Below, in pieces: positions 36,201 through 49,200 of a stretch of DNA of 64,000 bases; position 1 is the first letter of the stretch, and each line of letters begins with the position of its first letter. Origin of the DNA: Camelus ferus (taxonomy: Eukaryota); contig NC_045704.1 in the NCBI RefSeq assembly GCF_009834535.1, forward strand, positions 12,648,001 through 12,712,000, written 5' to 3'. The translations under genes and the position numbers were made by a program. The notes under the pieces were generated by a model. It did no database searches and was not told the origin of the DNA. It saw only the letters and a program-made list of their open reading frames with translations.

Positions 36201-39200
36201 CCTCCATCCTGCCCCCCAATTCTCTTGCACTGTTTCTACCTCTCCATTCCACAGCCCCAACCCCAGCTCAGGCGTGGGCCTCTCCCTGCATCCTTCCCCT
36301 GCTCCTCCCCTGCTCACAGCCCCTATGCTCCCCAGCACCTCAACTTCAGGTCCAAACCCTGAACAGTCTGGTCTCTCTCACCCCTTTAACCCCATCTTCT
36401 CTCCTCCAAGAAATGTTTGTTACCTGCCCCCAAATCCTCATGATGGCCCAAACACCCCCAGTTCTGAGCACCTTTGTACCCACTGTGCTTTTCCATCATC
36501 CCACACCCATGCCACTGCCCTGCCTGGGAGGCCTTCTCCCTTTCCCATCCAGGGAACCTTACTCATCCCTCAAGAACCAGCACCAATGTCCCCTCCTCCA
36601 GGAAGCCTTCCCTGATGCCCTCAGGGAGGAGCCAACCTCATTCTCCTCTGGGAGCTCCTAGTTGTCCATCTCTCCTCCTGGACAAGGGTCGGCACTGAGT
36701 CTGGATGGGCCATTTCTGTGCCCTGACACTGTCCAGTTCAGGGAGCCTCAGGAAATGTGAGGTGAAGGGTAGGTGGGTGAGTGAGGGAGTGAGTGAAAGG
36801 GCACATCCTTCAAGGAGTTCCCCAGCCACAAAGGGGAAGCCAGATGGACAAAGGAGAGGGCTGGAATCAGACGAAACAGCAAGGCTTCTGGGAGGGAATG
36901 AGACTTGAACAGAGCAGTGAAGGATGGCCACTCAGACATCTGGCAAAGACGACATGGGGAAGGGGGTATAATTCAGCAGTAGAGTGCGTGCCTAGAGTGC
37001 ACAAGGTCCTGGGTTCAATTCCCAGTACTTCCATTAAAAGATTAGTTAATTAATAGCCAAATTACCTCCCCCACCAAAAAAAAAAAAAAAAAAAGATGAG
37101 ACAGGGGAGCCAGTGCATTGGCATGGAGTGGAGGTGGGGAGCCCCAGGATGATCTGGGCACTGGACACTGTGCTGTAGAACCAGAGCTATCCTAAGGGAT
37201 AGGGACCAAGGGTCTGGCAGGGGCCTTGAATGTCAGGCTGAGGGCTGGGACCCTGGGAGGGCTGTGGGCAGGGGAAGGACCTATCAGGGCTGATGGTTGG
37301 GTGACAGAAGGGACTCTGCTTCTTTGTGAGCCCACAACGATCTAGGTGACAAATAATTACTGGGCACCAGAAAGACACAGCACTGACTGGGACAGACTCC
37401 ATCCCTGCTGCGCGGAGCACACAGGCTAGGACAGGGGCAGGCAAAATAATACCCAACCGGGAGGAGTGTGACATCAGCCGGGTGGGTGGAACGCTGGGAC
37501 CTGAGGGGTAGGAAGGCTTCCCAGGGTGGTGTCACTGAGTTGCAGGGGAGACGTGGAGTGGGCAACGTCCTGGCAGCTTGGACGACAGCGGTCAATAGCC
37601 AGCCGTGGGCAGGAGCAGGAAGAAAAGCTAGGTTTGAACTCCAGGTTGGGCCTCCCCCGACTTGTCCACACAGCTGTCTGCTTGTCCCACCACAGGCCCT
37701 CAAAGATGTCACTACACTGGGCTGCAGAAAGGCAATGAAGAAGTTTGAAAGGCACACGCTCCTGGTGAGTAGAGGCCTGGGTGTCGCTGTCTGAGAAGCA
37801 GACAAGGAGGGTGCCCATGGGTTTCGGGCAGGGAGTCAGAAGGCAGGAACCCCAGACCCCACCGTGCCACCGCCTCCCTGCCTGACCCGGGCTGGACATG
37901 CTCCTCTCTAGGCTTGTTTCCATCTGTCACAAGACAGGGGACCGGATCGCTAAGGTCCAGGGAACCATAACAAGCCACTACCGAGAGGCTCAGCGGGGAA
38001 AGGCCCCCATGGGAGTGGGGAAGGAGCCGGCAGCAGCAGCCTGCCTGGGCCCTGACCTGGGCCTGTGCCCGTCCCCCAGGATTACCTCCTCGGGGAGGGG
38101 AACCTGAGCCAGCCGGCCGTGCGGCTCCTGGGAGACGTGATGTCCAAGGACGGCTTCTTCTATCTCAGCTTCTCCGAGGCCCTCCGGGCCCACAGCTGCC
38201 TCAGCGACCGGCTCCGGTGAGGGTGCGGGTTGGAGGCGGTGGCGGGGCCAAACCGGGGCGAGCGACGGAGTGGGCGGGGCCGGCGGGAAGGGCGCGGCCT
38301 GTAGAGGTGAGAGCAGGGGCCACGGAGGCGGAGAGAGGAGGAAAGGAACAGGATAAGGGCGTGGCCCAGAGGAAAAGAGGCGGGGTTCCCGGATCACACA
38401 ACTCTCTGCTCCCCAACCGCGCCGGGCTTCAGGGACAGGCGAGGGCAGGAGTCGATGAAGGGGTGGGATTGGAGGGACTCGGTCGGATGAGAATGGGAGC
38501 AGGCGGCTGGGAGAGCACGGGAGGGGTCGCTGGGTAGGGGCAGGCCCGAGGACCCGGGTCATGCTCCCGCCCCGCCTACAGGTATAGCCGCATCTTGGGA
38601 GGCTGGGACCTGCTGCCACGTGCGCTGCTGAGCTCGCTGTCGGGGCCTGTGCTGCTGCACGCGCCTGTCGTGGCGATTAAGCAGGGGATTCACGAGGTTA
38701 GCGTGCACGTCGCGTCCTCGCGCCGGGCCCGGAACCTGAGGTCCATGACCGCTGACGTGGTGCTGCTGACGGTGAGCGGGCCGGCGCTGCAGCGCATCAC
38801 CTTCACGCCGCCGCTGACGCGCAGGCGGCAGGAGGCGGTGCGCGCGCTGCACTACGTGCCGGCCACCAAGGTGTTCCTGAGTTTCCGTCGGCCCTTCTGG
38901 CACGACGAGCACATTGAGGGTGGCCACTCAAACACCGACCGCCCGTCGCGCGTGATATTCTACCCGCCTCCGGGTGAGGGCGCGCTGCTGCTGGCCTCGT
39001 ACACGTGGTCGGACGCGGCAGCCACGTTCGCCGGCCTGAGCCTGGAGGACTCGCTGCGCTTGGCGCTGGACGACGTGGCGGCGCTGCACGGGCCGATCGT
39101 GTACCGGCTCTGGGACGGCAGCGGCGCCGTCAAGCGCTGGGCAGAGGACCCGCACAGCCAAGGCGGCTTCGTGGTGCAGCCGCCGACGCTCTGGCAAACG

Positions 39201-39503
39201 GACAGGGACAACGGGCAGGAGTACAACTGGGCAATCCCCTACGGCCGCATCTACTTCGCCGGCGAGCACACGGCCTACCCGCACGGCTGGGTGGAGACGG
39301 CCGTCAAGTCAGCGCTGCGTGCCGCGATGCTGATTAACAGGCGGGTCGACAGCCAGACCACCAGCGGGAACAACGCCCAGTTCATCAGTATCCACAGCAG
39401 CCCAGAGCGCGTGCACTCGGCGCCCGGCCACCACCAGTGCAACCTCGAAAGGGGGCAGGGCACCCCCCCTTCGACCACGACCCCAAAGAGGACCCAATAT
39501 TAA
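33295..39503 (+). CDS. IL4I1: L-amino-acid oxidase IL4I1 (secreted, FAD-dependent), 564 aa
   Basis: Exons 33295-33307, 33384-33622, 34268-34380, 35561-35762, 37696-37764, 38080-38216, 38582-39503; all GT-AG, total 1695 nt. Signal peptide, [26 protein letters not shown] and YFAGEHT...[14 protein letters not shown] motifs present. Confidence 0.97.
34560..35100. mobile_element. Probable ERV1-class LTR in an IL4I1 intron
   Basis: GCTTTGTTGCTTTGCCGGGCAAAGGGG...CACAGCAGGCTAATGCC resembles laurasiatherian ERV LTRs; family not assignable by eye. Confidence 0.45.
36956..37094 (+). mobile_element. tRNA-derived SINE, Vic-1-like
   Basis: GGTATAATTCAGCAGTAGAG...GGTTCAATTCCC head, ATTACCTCCCCC, then poly(A). 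Confidence 0.9.
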
Positions 39504-39504
39504 A
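39499..39504 (+). terminator. IL4I1: IL4I1 polyA signal ATTAAA overlapping the TAA stop
   Basis: TAT TAA AGT contains ATTAAA and is followed by a T-rich tract. Confidence 0.7.
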
Positions 39505-39783
39505 GTAGTTTTTGGAAACAGCCTTGTGGCCACGCCCCCTCCCTGGCTCCATGGCAGGGAGCAAAGCCATTAGTCCTCGCGGTAGAAGGTGCTGCACCTA
39601 TCCTGGAGCCCTGGAAGCTGTTTTGTCTTCCTAGGCCATGGGGGCTCCGTTTGACGGAGTGGGAGGTACAGATACCGCTTTGCCCCACTAAATGGCAATC
39701 ACAGTGCCCGCCACGCCTGTCAGACACAGACAGGTCCTGATGCAAGTAACATAAAGCACAGCCAACAGTGGGTTAAACACCAG

Positions 39784-39789
39784 TTTATT
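39784..39789 (-). terminator. TBC1D17: TBC1D17 polyA signal AATAAA
   Basis: TTTATT on the plus strand, about 500 nt past the TBC1D17 stop. Confidence 0.75.
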
Positions 39790-40294
39790 TTTCTCTTGAC
39801 AAGAAGCTGGTAGACAGGGGCCTAGAGAGCAGCTCTGGAGGCCCTTCCATCTCGGTTACGCCCGGGATGTGCCTCCGCACAGCCACTAGGTGGAGGCCGC
39901 ACTCCAACGCCCAATTCTCATTCTCTAAAAGCCCCAAACTCAGGCAGGTAGGGGAGCCCTGCCTCCACAAACCCCCACCACTCAACCCCAAGGGGGCCCC
40001 CCTTAGGTCTCATTGTTGGGATCGGGGTCACAGTGGTCTGACATCGATTCTGCAGAGACCACGAGCCACCCCCTCCCCCATCAAGGTCCAAGCCAAAGTG
40101 GTGGCCTCCTCTCCACCTACTAGAGGCCAATTGGATAAAAGTGTCAGTTTCAAGAAATCAGCCAATGAGTAGAGCGAGAAAGGCGTGGTGGAGAGCCCCG
40201 CCCCTGTTTGCACCTCCCCTCCCCAGCCTAGGGGAGCGGCGGGTCGCGGGGGCGGAAGCTTGAAGTATCTGTACTGAGAATGCGCCCAGCAGGG

Positions 40295-43200
40295 TTAAGA
40301 GTCTGCGCTTTCCTCCTCCTCCTCCTCTGGAAGGATCTCCAGGCTGCTGTCAGGCTGCGTGACTGTGTCCGCAGAGGGCGGCGGAGCCGGTGGGGCCCGG
40401 GTGGGTGACAGCGGCAGTGGGGAGGCAGGGGGTGAGGGGCTGTGGGGCTCTGTGGGCGGCGCCAGACCTAGGACCTCCTGCACATTGTGGGGCAGCTCCT
40501 GGAGGGTTGGGGGTAGGGAAGGAAAAGTCAGAGGTTTGACGTGGGTTGGGGGACGATGGGGAGTGGTCAGGGACTCACCCGGCAGGCGGTCAACTGTCGG
40601 TAGAGGGCCTCAGCCCGCATCAGCACGTCCTCCACGCTCAGCTTCATGGTCAGCTCGTTGATGTGCTGCGGGAGGGGGTGGGTCAGGCCTGCCTGCCTGC
40701 AAGCACTTAACCACCACCGCCCGAGCGCCTACTCTGTGCCTCGTGCTGGGGATACAATGGAAGGAAGACAGACTGGGCTGACCTTCTTGGGGCTCATAGT
40801 GGAGCTGGGGTATCAGGGAGGTCATGCTCTCTCGAGCTGCTCCGCCAGGCGCAGGATACAAGGAAAAGGGTCCTGAGCTCCACCCCGGCGGCCCCGCCCC
40901 ACATTAGTGCACTGGGGGAGGGGCAGGGCTCCCCTTATGCAGGGGCCGCATGCTCTGCGAGAATGAGAACACCGCCCAGAGCCAGGCAGTAAGATGTAAA
41001 ACAGACCCGGGCTCATGGCCACCGGCCTCCCACCTTAGCTAATCACACTTTCAACAACCCTGTTTTGAGTACCCATTACCGAAAGGCCCCGTGCCAGCCT
41101 CCACGGAGTTCACAGCCAGCTGATGTGTCTCCTCCAAGCAGGTGAGGAGGGCCAAGGAGAGAGTGGGGACTGGGAGGGAGCCAGGGTCTCACCTTGAGGA
41201 TCTCATTGGAGCCAAAGCCAGAAAGCATGAGGGTGTCCCGTTCCATGTCCAGGATGGCACAGGCCACCAGCAAGTGCAGGTTGGGTCCGGGGAGCCCAGT
41301 CCACAGCACCTAGCAGTGCCAGAGGGAGGGGTCACCACAAAGCCTCTGACTGAGGTCCCACCCAGCTCTGCCCCTCGCCCTGCCCACCCCCCTCCCACCC
41401 CCCTCCCAGCCCTGCCCATCAGCAGCTCAGTTCTCAGCTCTCCCATCCAAACTGGCCGGCCCACCTCCCACAGCCGAAGGACATCCGGGAAGGGGAATTC
41501 TCTCTTGAACCAGATGAGCAGCCACCGGAAGCAGAAGCAGAGAGAGCCAGAGTCCTGGGAGTCTAGGGGAGGACAGTGGTGGGAGGGACAGTGCTCAGCA
41601 CAGAGCCATCTCAAAATCAACTCCACTCCCGCTCATTCAGTGTGCTCAGTGCTCAGACTGGGACCCTAAGAAGTCACGCTGATTGTAAGAACCTCCACCA
41701 GTCTAGGCAAGTGGAAGGAGAGCTTGGTGTCAACAGGACCCTCTCCCATCCTGCCTTCCAGCCTCCAGACAAGGTGAGCTAGTCCCATGTTCTCCACTCT
41801 CACGTGGAAGGGTAGCAGTAAGATCAGTCCACTCAAGGGAAAATCAGATATATTCCACACCCAAAGCTGGTGGAGGCGTGAGGAAGCCAGCACTTGTGTA
41901 CACTGCTGGCAAAAAAAAGCTGGCCTGACTTTCTGGGAATGTGGTGCAAACGTTTCAAAAGCTGTAAAAATATGTACTGTGCTGGATACAATTTCACATC
42001 TAGGAATTTAACCTCAAGAAATTAGCCACAAATACAGATTCATCATGGTGAAAAACCGCACATAACCTAAATGTCCAGCAGGTCAGGACAAATCTATTTT
42101 TGTACATCCTTAAGCTGGACAGAACACCATGCAGTCATTAAGACTGATGGTTTACTTCCCCCACCCAAAAAAATAAAAAAAGACTGATGGTTTGGAAAAC
42201 TTTCAGCGACAAGAGAGGCAGCTCCTGTCCGGATGCCCGCAGAAGTGGCAGGGGCTTTCTAAGCCTTAGTTTCCTCTTCAGTGAAGTGAGGCCAGTTTTG
42301 TCTCCCTCCCGCAGGGCACTCCTAAAAGTCAGTGAGGAAACGCCCACAGGTAAGCCAGTTTATCACGATCTGCATTTGAAAGACTAACCCTACCAACAGC
42401 AACTTTTACTTTCTTCTCTTTATCAGAATTTCCTACACTTTTTTACATTGAACGAGTAACAAAGGCAAATTGTAAAGCCGAAACGCAGCAGTCCTAACCC
42501 CAGGAGCCCAGAGAACCAGTTTTTAATCCCCAGAGCCTCCAGGGTGAGTGGAGATAAAAGCTAGGTGGAGGTGAGGACTGGGAGGAGCCACACCCAGTCC
42601 CTTACCTGAGAAGTGGAAGGTTACCTGACAGGGCGTGAAGGTGCCAGTGCACCCACATCTGCCTCTGCGGTTTTGCTCCAAAACTGCAATCCTGCTTTCA
42701 CATGTCAGTTCTAGGTTCTATGGGGATCTCTCCCTTGTCTGGACTGTGATCAGACTTCCTGGACTTTGTCGGTGGCCACTCCCATGCCCTGCCCATCGGC
42801 CCAGATGCGGTACCTAGGAAGTCGCAGAGCGGCGGGTCCAGGACCCTCAGGAGCAGCAGGAGTTGCCCAAGCTGCCGCTTCATCGTCTCCTGACTCTCCT
42901 CAAAGTTCCCGTGCTGCGGGAGGGAGGGCCACGTGAGGAGCCAGCCCCCTATCCTCTGAGGGGGCCTTTCTCCCACCCCTGCCCTGAGCCTCACCACGAG
43001 CTCCATGAAGCCACAAAAACACCAGAAGGCATCCACCTCGTTCTGAGTGACGTAGAGGATCGGAGAGAGGAGGTCACTCATGCCCTGGACATAACCTGGG
43101 GGGGAAACAGCGTCAGGGCCCAGCCCAGGCTTGCAGCCCCCTCCCCCCACAGGGAAGGCCCGGCCCCCAGCCCCTTCACGGGCTGCCGCGCACCAAGGTC

Positions 43201-46200
43201 AAAGTGGTACATGCAGTAGGTGAGGAGGATGTCGTTCAGCAGCCCCAGCCCTGGGTTCTCGGGGCCCTCGTAGAATTTGTTTGTCCGATCAGTGCGGCTC
43301 ACGTCTCTCTCTGTGGGGACAGGGTGTAGATGGGAACACTGAGGCTCAGGATGGTAAAATCACTTTGCCAAGATCTCGCAGTGAGTAGATGGCAGATTTG
43401 AACCCAAAGAACCTGACTCCTCTCCCCTGCTCCCCGTCTCCCACTGCCCGGTCCTGGCCATTCCATTCCTGCTCACCCCTCTTTCACTCCCCCTCCACCC
43501 CGATAAATGACCTTGCCCTGGTTCTTGGGGAGGCAGCTCCCTCCATCCTCTCCCCACTGTTTCCAGTCTCACCATCCCAGCCCTGCCCTGCCCCCCACCG
43601 ATGAGGCTGCGGTATCCATGCAGCAGGGAGTTCCTCCGCTCCTGCTCCGGGCTCACAGACTTCCACTGCAGCTTCATGCGGAAATACTCATCCCTGAGGG
43701 GTGGGGAGAAGTGAGATGGTAAGGACACGCCAGCCGCCTCCTCATCCTTTGGGGCTCAGCCCAGGTCACCGCCTCAGAGCCCCTCTCTGACCACGCAGAC
43801 TGCAGTGGGCCACCAGGTCATTCTCACCACCGCCCCCATGCTTCCCCTTCCTGACGTATCTCGTGATACAGAACACGGGGCTTTGGTTCAAAGTCTGTCA
43901 CCCCCACTGGACAGACAGCACTGGGGGCAGGGACCAGGACACACAGCAGAGGCACAAGATACACTGGGAGTGAGGAGAGGTAGCCCCATGGGGTCAGGAA
44001 GCCTGCTGCAAAGCGGTGAAAGTGTGTGGTCAGTGCAACCGATGTTTGGGGAGCAAGTGCACAGTGCGCCTGTGGCACGCTGCTGCCAGACTGCCCTTGG
44101 GAGGTGTTGTTGATCAAAAACCTCCAATCGACTTGGGAGGCCGGGGAGGTCAGGGGCTGGAGCCCAGTAGGGCAGGAGGCCACGGCTTCTCACTCACGTT
44201 TTCTTGCGCACGTGGGCCTTGTGCTCCTCGGTGGAGCCCTCCCAGCTCAGGTACCCCAGGAGGAACTTCCAGGCCTCGCGCCGCAGGCTGGGGCTCAGAC
44301 CCTGGAAGATGGGGCAGAAGGGCGGCTCAGAGGGGCCTCCCCTTGGCTACCCACCGGCCCTGGCCAGCCCTGCCCACTCACTTAGCTCCTCACCCCTGAG
44401 AAGATGCGGGCTTTCAGCTCAGGGACCTGCTGCAGGCGGCCCTCAGGACCCACGTGTCGGGCCCACTCCTCCTCTGTGACCGGAGGCGCTCGTTCCACAG
44501 CTGGCCGTGGCCCCAGCTCCACCTGCAGGATACAAGGTGAGTGGGCCCTGGGCCTCAGCCGGGCCTGCTGGGCTCCTGTCTGTGGGGGGCCCCACTGTGC
44601 TCCCCAGCCCATCCCAGGCCACCTCCGCATCAGCTCAGAGCCCTTAGCGGGACTGACAGTTCACATTCAGGGTGGGAAGCATCTCCTTTCTTGGGTCAGC
44701 GGAAAAGTCACCTCCCGAGCCAGGAGCTCCCCCCAGTAATAACAGGCACCAGGCACACAAGCAATAAGCATTTTCTGCCAAGTCACTCATGCAACCCTAT
44801 GAGGGTGGGACCATTATCTCCACTTCAGCAAGGAAATACAGTCACATGCCCAAGGTGGCAGCCAGAAAGCAGCGGGGTCCACCCTGATACTCACACAAGA
44901 AATGACCTCAAAGCCAGGCTCAGGCTCATCATCGGGGGCAGGAGGCAGGTCATGGGGAGGCCCCCTCCGGGTGTGGCTGCAGGGCTCCCCGGAAGAAGTT
45001 GGTCACACGGGAGAAGCTGCTGAAGGTGGTGGAGTAGGGATCCTGGAGGAAGCGCTGGGGACAAGGCCGACGGTGGTCACAGTCCACCCTCCCTGCCTGG
45101 CCCGTGTGACCCGCCCCTCTGCCCACTCCCGCCCACCTGGCCCTGGGGACTCACAGACACGACGTTGGAGCTGTCCTGGTCAAAGAGCTGGAGGTGGTGG
45201 AAGGAGTTGGAGAGGGCCGACGAGTCATGGGGGAAGACAAGGTAGAGGCGGGAGTCCTGCGGGGAGCTGGAGGGCAGGCCGTTGTGGTGACACACAGGGA
45301 GAGGGCCTCATGTCTGTCCCAGCGTCCCGACTTCCCCTGGGGAATCCTTTATCCCAGGCCTGAGACCCCAGGGGTGGGCCCAGGACTGCTAATAAAGGCC
45401 TTCCACCTCCCCGGCCAGGGTGACTGATGGGAGGCAGCCCCAGGATGCTGCTGGAATCAGGGGAAACAGGTGCTTTCCCTCCACCGGGGCCCCAGAGAAC
45501 GATACAAACTGCAGGGGAGAAAAAGCAACTCTTTCTACATTCTAGGACCCAGGTCCTGCCTGATCTCAATCTACCCTTTGACTTCAAGATTACATGTGCC
45601 ACTCAACTCTCTTTCTGCCTTTAAATCAGCCTTGCATTTCCTTCACAGACTTGCAGGGTCCGGCTGCAGCCAGGGAGGGATGGGGCCTGGCCAAAGGCTT
45701 GGCACTAGGAGAAGGCTCACCTGGCCAACAGCAGGTAACGGCTGAGGATGCGCAGCAGGGCACGGGTGCCCCCGCGGTGGAAGTGCAGCGCGGGCAGGGA
45801 GCCTCCGGCCTGTGTGACCAGGACCAGGTATGCCCAGCTGAGGCCTGGCTTGGAACGGCGGATGGACTTGAGTTCCCCTAGACTCACCGAGAAGGCCCAG
45901 GAGCCCCGGGGGGAGCTGGGCTCTGCACCTAGGGGGGCAGGCGCGGTGTCAGGAGTGGGCGTGGAGAGCCAGAGCGTCTCCCGAGAGCCCACCACGAGCC
46001 AGCCTTTTCCTCCGGAAAAGGAACCAAAGGAAACGAGAGGGGAGTCCGGTGGACATGTACCTGCTCCAGAATCTCCCTGGGCTCCCTGCTGCCCCTCAGG
46101 TCCGTCCCCTGCCCCTTGTCTGTCTCACTTCCGACCCCCTCTTCACTCCACAGTGCCCCGTGCCTCTGGCCTTGCTCCCCTGCTCTCCCTGCCGGGAGAG

Positions 46201-49200
46201 GAAGCTCCAAGCGTCCCTCAGAGCCAGGCTCTGGCACCACCTCTTCACGGAAGGCTTCTCCACCCCCTGGGGGGTTAGATACCACCCCTGGGGCCCCCAG
46301 CACCCTGTGTGACTCCAGGATAGTCCAAATTATCTTGTCACCCTGAAGTTGTTGCCCCTGCAGCCTGGAAGACTTCAGGGGCAGGACTTATGGGGGGGTG
46401 CCCACAGCCGATCAGGGAGCCTGGAGGGATGAGCAAGGCTGTGAACCCCAGAGACGCTGGCCACACCGGACCTGCACCCCACCCGCTCTCCTGGGACTGG
46501 AAGGCCGCTGCTGGGCAGCCACCTTGACTGTGGGCACAAAGCCCATGGAGCCATGACCACTGGGGTAAGTCGTGTCTCCACCTGCCCCTCCAGGGGCATC
46601 AGCTCAGCCTACCTCTCGTGGGCTCCGAGTGGCGGGGCCGTGGCCGCACAGTGCTGATGACGGCCCAGTCAGGTTCATAGCCAGGGTCAAAGGTCGGTTC
46701 CTCCTCAGAGGTGCAGGAGTCACCCCCACAGACATCCTTGGGGAAAGAGAGGAAGAGACTGAGGGATGGTGGATTCAGGGTTTCCAGATCTGAGCCTCCA
46801 GGCCACCCTGGATCCAAAGCCCCATCAAACAAAGAGGGAAACTGAGGCGCAAAGAGGGCACAGCACCTGTCCAGGGTCATTAATCAAAGCACCATCATAT
46901 GGGAAGCACATAGTTAAGCAGGGGCTGGGGTGCTTTGCAGTCAGCCTGCCAGAGGTCACTAAGCTTAAACTAAATAATCAGTAGTCACTAGGGTCACTTG
47001 AATCAAAACCACGATCAGATACTACTTCACACCCACTGAGATGGCTAGAATTAAAAAACACAGGTAATACCAAGTGTTGGTGAGGATGCAGAGAAACTGG
47101 AACCTCTTACGCTGCTGGCAGGAATGTAAAATGGTGCAGCCACTCTAGAAAACCATCTGGCAGGTTCTCAAAAGGTTAAACATAAAATTAGCACATGACC
47201 CAGCTCCTAAGTACATACCCAAGAGAAATGAACATGAACACCCACGCAAAAACTGACACAGGGATGTTCAAAGCAGCATCAGTCATGACTGCCAAGAAGT
47301 AGAAACAACCCACTGTCTCTCAAACTGATGAATTAGCAAAATGGGTAGATCCCTACAACAGAATTTTACTCAGCTCTAAAAAGGAAGTTACTGACAGATG
47401 CTACAATAGGAATAAACCTTGAAAGGATCCTAAATANNNNNNNNNNNNNNNNNNNNNNNNNNNNNNNNNNNNNNNNNNNNNNNNNNNNNNNNNNNNNNNN
47501 NNNNNNNNNNNNNNNNNNNNNNNNNNNNNNNNNNNNNNNNNNNNNNNNNNNNNNNNNNNNNNNNNNNNGTTTCTTCCAGGGATGATAAAATGTTCTGGAA
47601 TTAGATGGTGGTGATGGTTGAAAAATCTTGTGAATATTAAAAACCACTGAATTATGCACACTGAAAAATATAAATTTTCATAAAGCTTGAGCTTTATTGA
47701 GTTTTACGGTAAGTGAAATTATAAGTAGCTGGCTCACAGTTTGTTCTATGTTCATGTTATGGAAAGTAACATTAAGTGCCCAGCACAACGGAAGCTGAAA
47801 TCTCCCAATATCTGCTTTCCCAACCTTCCCTATGGTTCTGAGTGGTCTAGGGACTCAACTCTGCCCAGTGGGAGCTGAGAGCTGTGGGGAGTTTGAAGAA
47901 GGCAAATTCCTGATAAAAAGGTGCCTGCAGGAGTAAACAGCATATTCAGCTAGCCTCAGGATGCTGTCAAGGGAGGACATGGTGTTTGGCGCTGTGGCAG
48001 CCAACTAGGGCCATGAGGGGAAGGCCAAGGAAAAGTGGGGACACCTGTCCACAACCTGCTGAACCAGCCCTGGCAGCCCCATCTCTGCCTTCTGTGTTTT
48101 GTGACATGAAGAAATGGATGATTTCGCCAGTGTTTACCAACATAATAGCAGCAAGTAGCGCTGTCTGCCAAATATTTACAGCTCTCTGCCTCTTGGGCAC
48201 ACAGCAGGATTACACTGAACTGTACTGGCTAATTGGAGGTGTGCAGCTAGTTCTGCCCAAAGGGTTGGGATGTATCACTTCCAGGATGGACTGTTTAACT
48301 GCCAAGGCAAGACTTCTAGAGCTGTCTTTACCTCTGCCACAAGGAATGGAGACCTTTAAGATGGTAGCTGCTCTAGCAGCATGCTTCCTTGAGTAATCAC
48401 GATGAGCAGAGCTCCTTGGCCAGCTTGCAGCACACATGTAGAGTGTGCAAAAACAGTTAAAAAGGCTGGAGCTCTAGCAGCCTGTTTGGACCACGAGTCA
48501 GCTTTAAGGAGAGATGCCATGTGTTGAGGATGGATGCCACATGCTGAGAATGGCAGAGCAGTGATGGAAGGAAGGGGGGTCACTGATAACAAATGAACCT
48601 GTACCGCTGACTTCTGGGTTTTGTGCTAGGAGAGAAATGAGCTGCTATATTGTTTAGGCCACTGGTATTCCTGTTTATATTACACATAGCGAAATGTAAC
48701 TCCTAACTGATGTAGGGGGTTTCTGGGAAATCTTTCGCTTTTCCTGATGAGGACAGATGTGTCTGGCACCCTGCTGGCTCCCTTTTTCCTGCCTTAAGAG
48801 GTAGATGTCATTGCTGCAGCTGAAGTAGTCATTTAAAGGCCACTAGTGCCAAATACAGTAGGATCTCAGTGATCCAGGCACTGATGTCACCAAACAAGGA
48901 CAAAGCACCCCTATACCTCTTCTCAGCCTGGCATTTCAGGCCCAATCACTTTTCCAGCAAACCCCTCTACAGAGAAACCCTACTTCCCCCTGTGCCCTGA
49001 AATATATTTCCTCCTGCCATCTCTGAAATATATCCTTGCCCCCTTCTCATCTTTAGAGTCCCAGCCCAAACGTCTGCTCCCCAGGAAGAGGCAGGGCTCT
49101 GGGATCATTGTGTCTGAGCTCAAATCTGAGTTCCGACAATACTCAGCTTTTCTGACCTCAGGAAAGGGGCTTCCTCTCATTGTGCCTCAGTTTCTCAAAA

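Noticed and set aside
36956-37030. tRNA gene call for the SINE heads
   Set aside because: The tRNA-like A/B boxes are followed by the SINE tail and poly(A), with target duplications at several copies.
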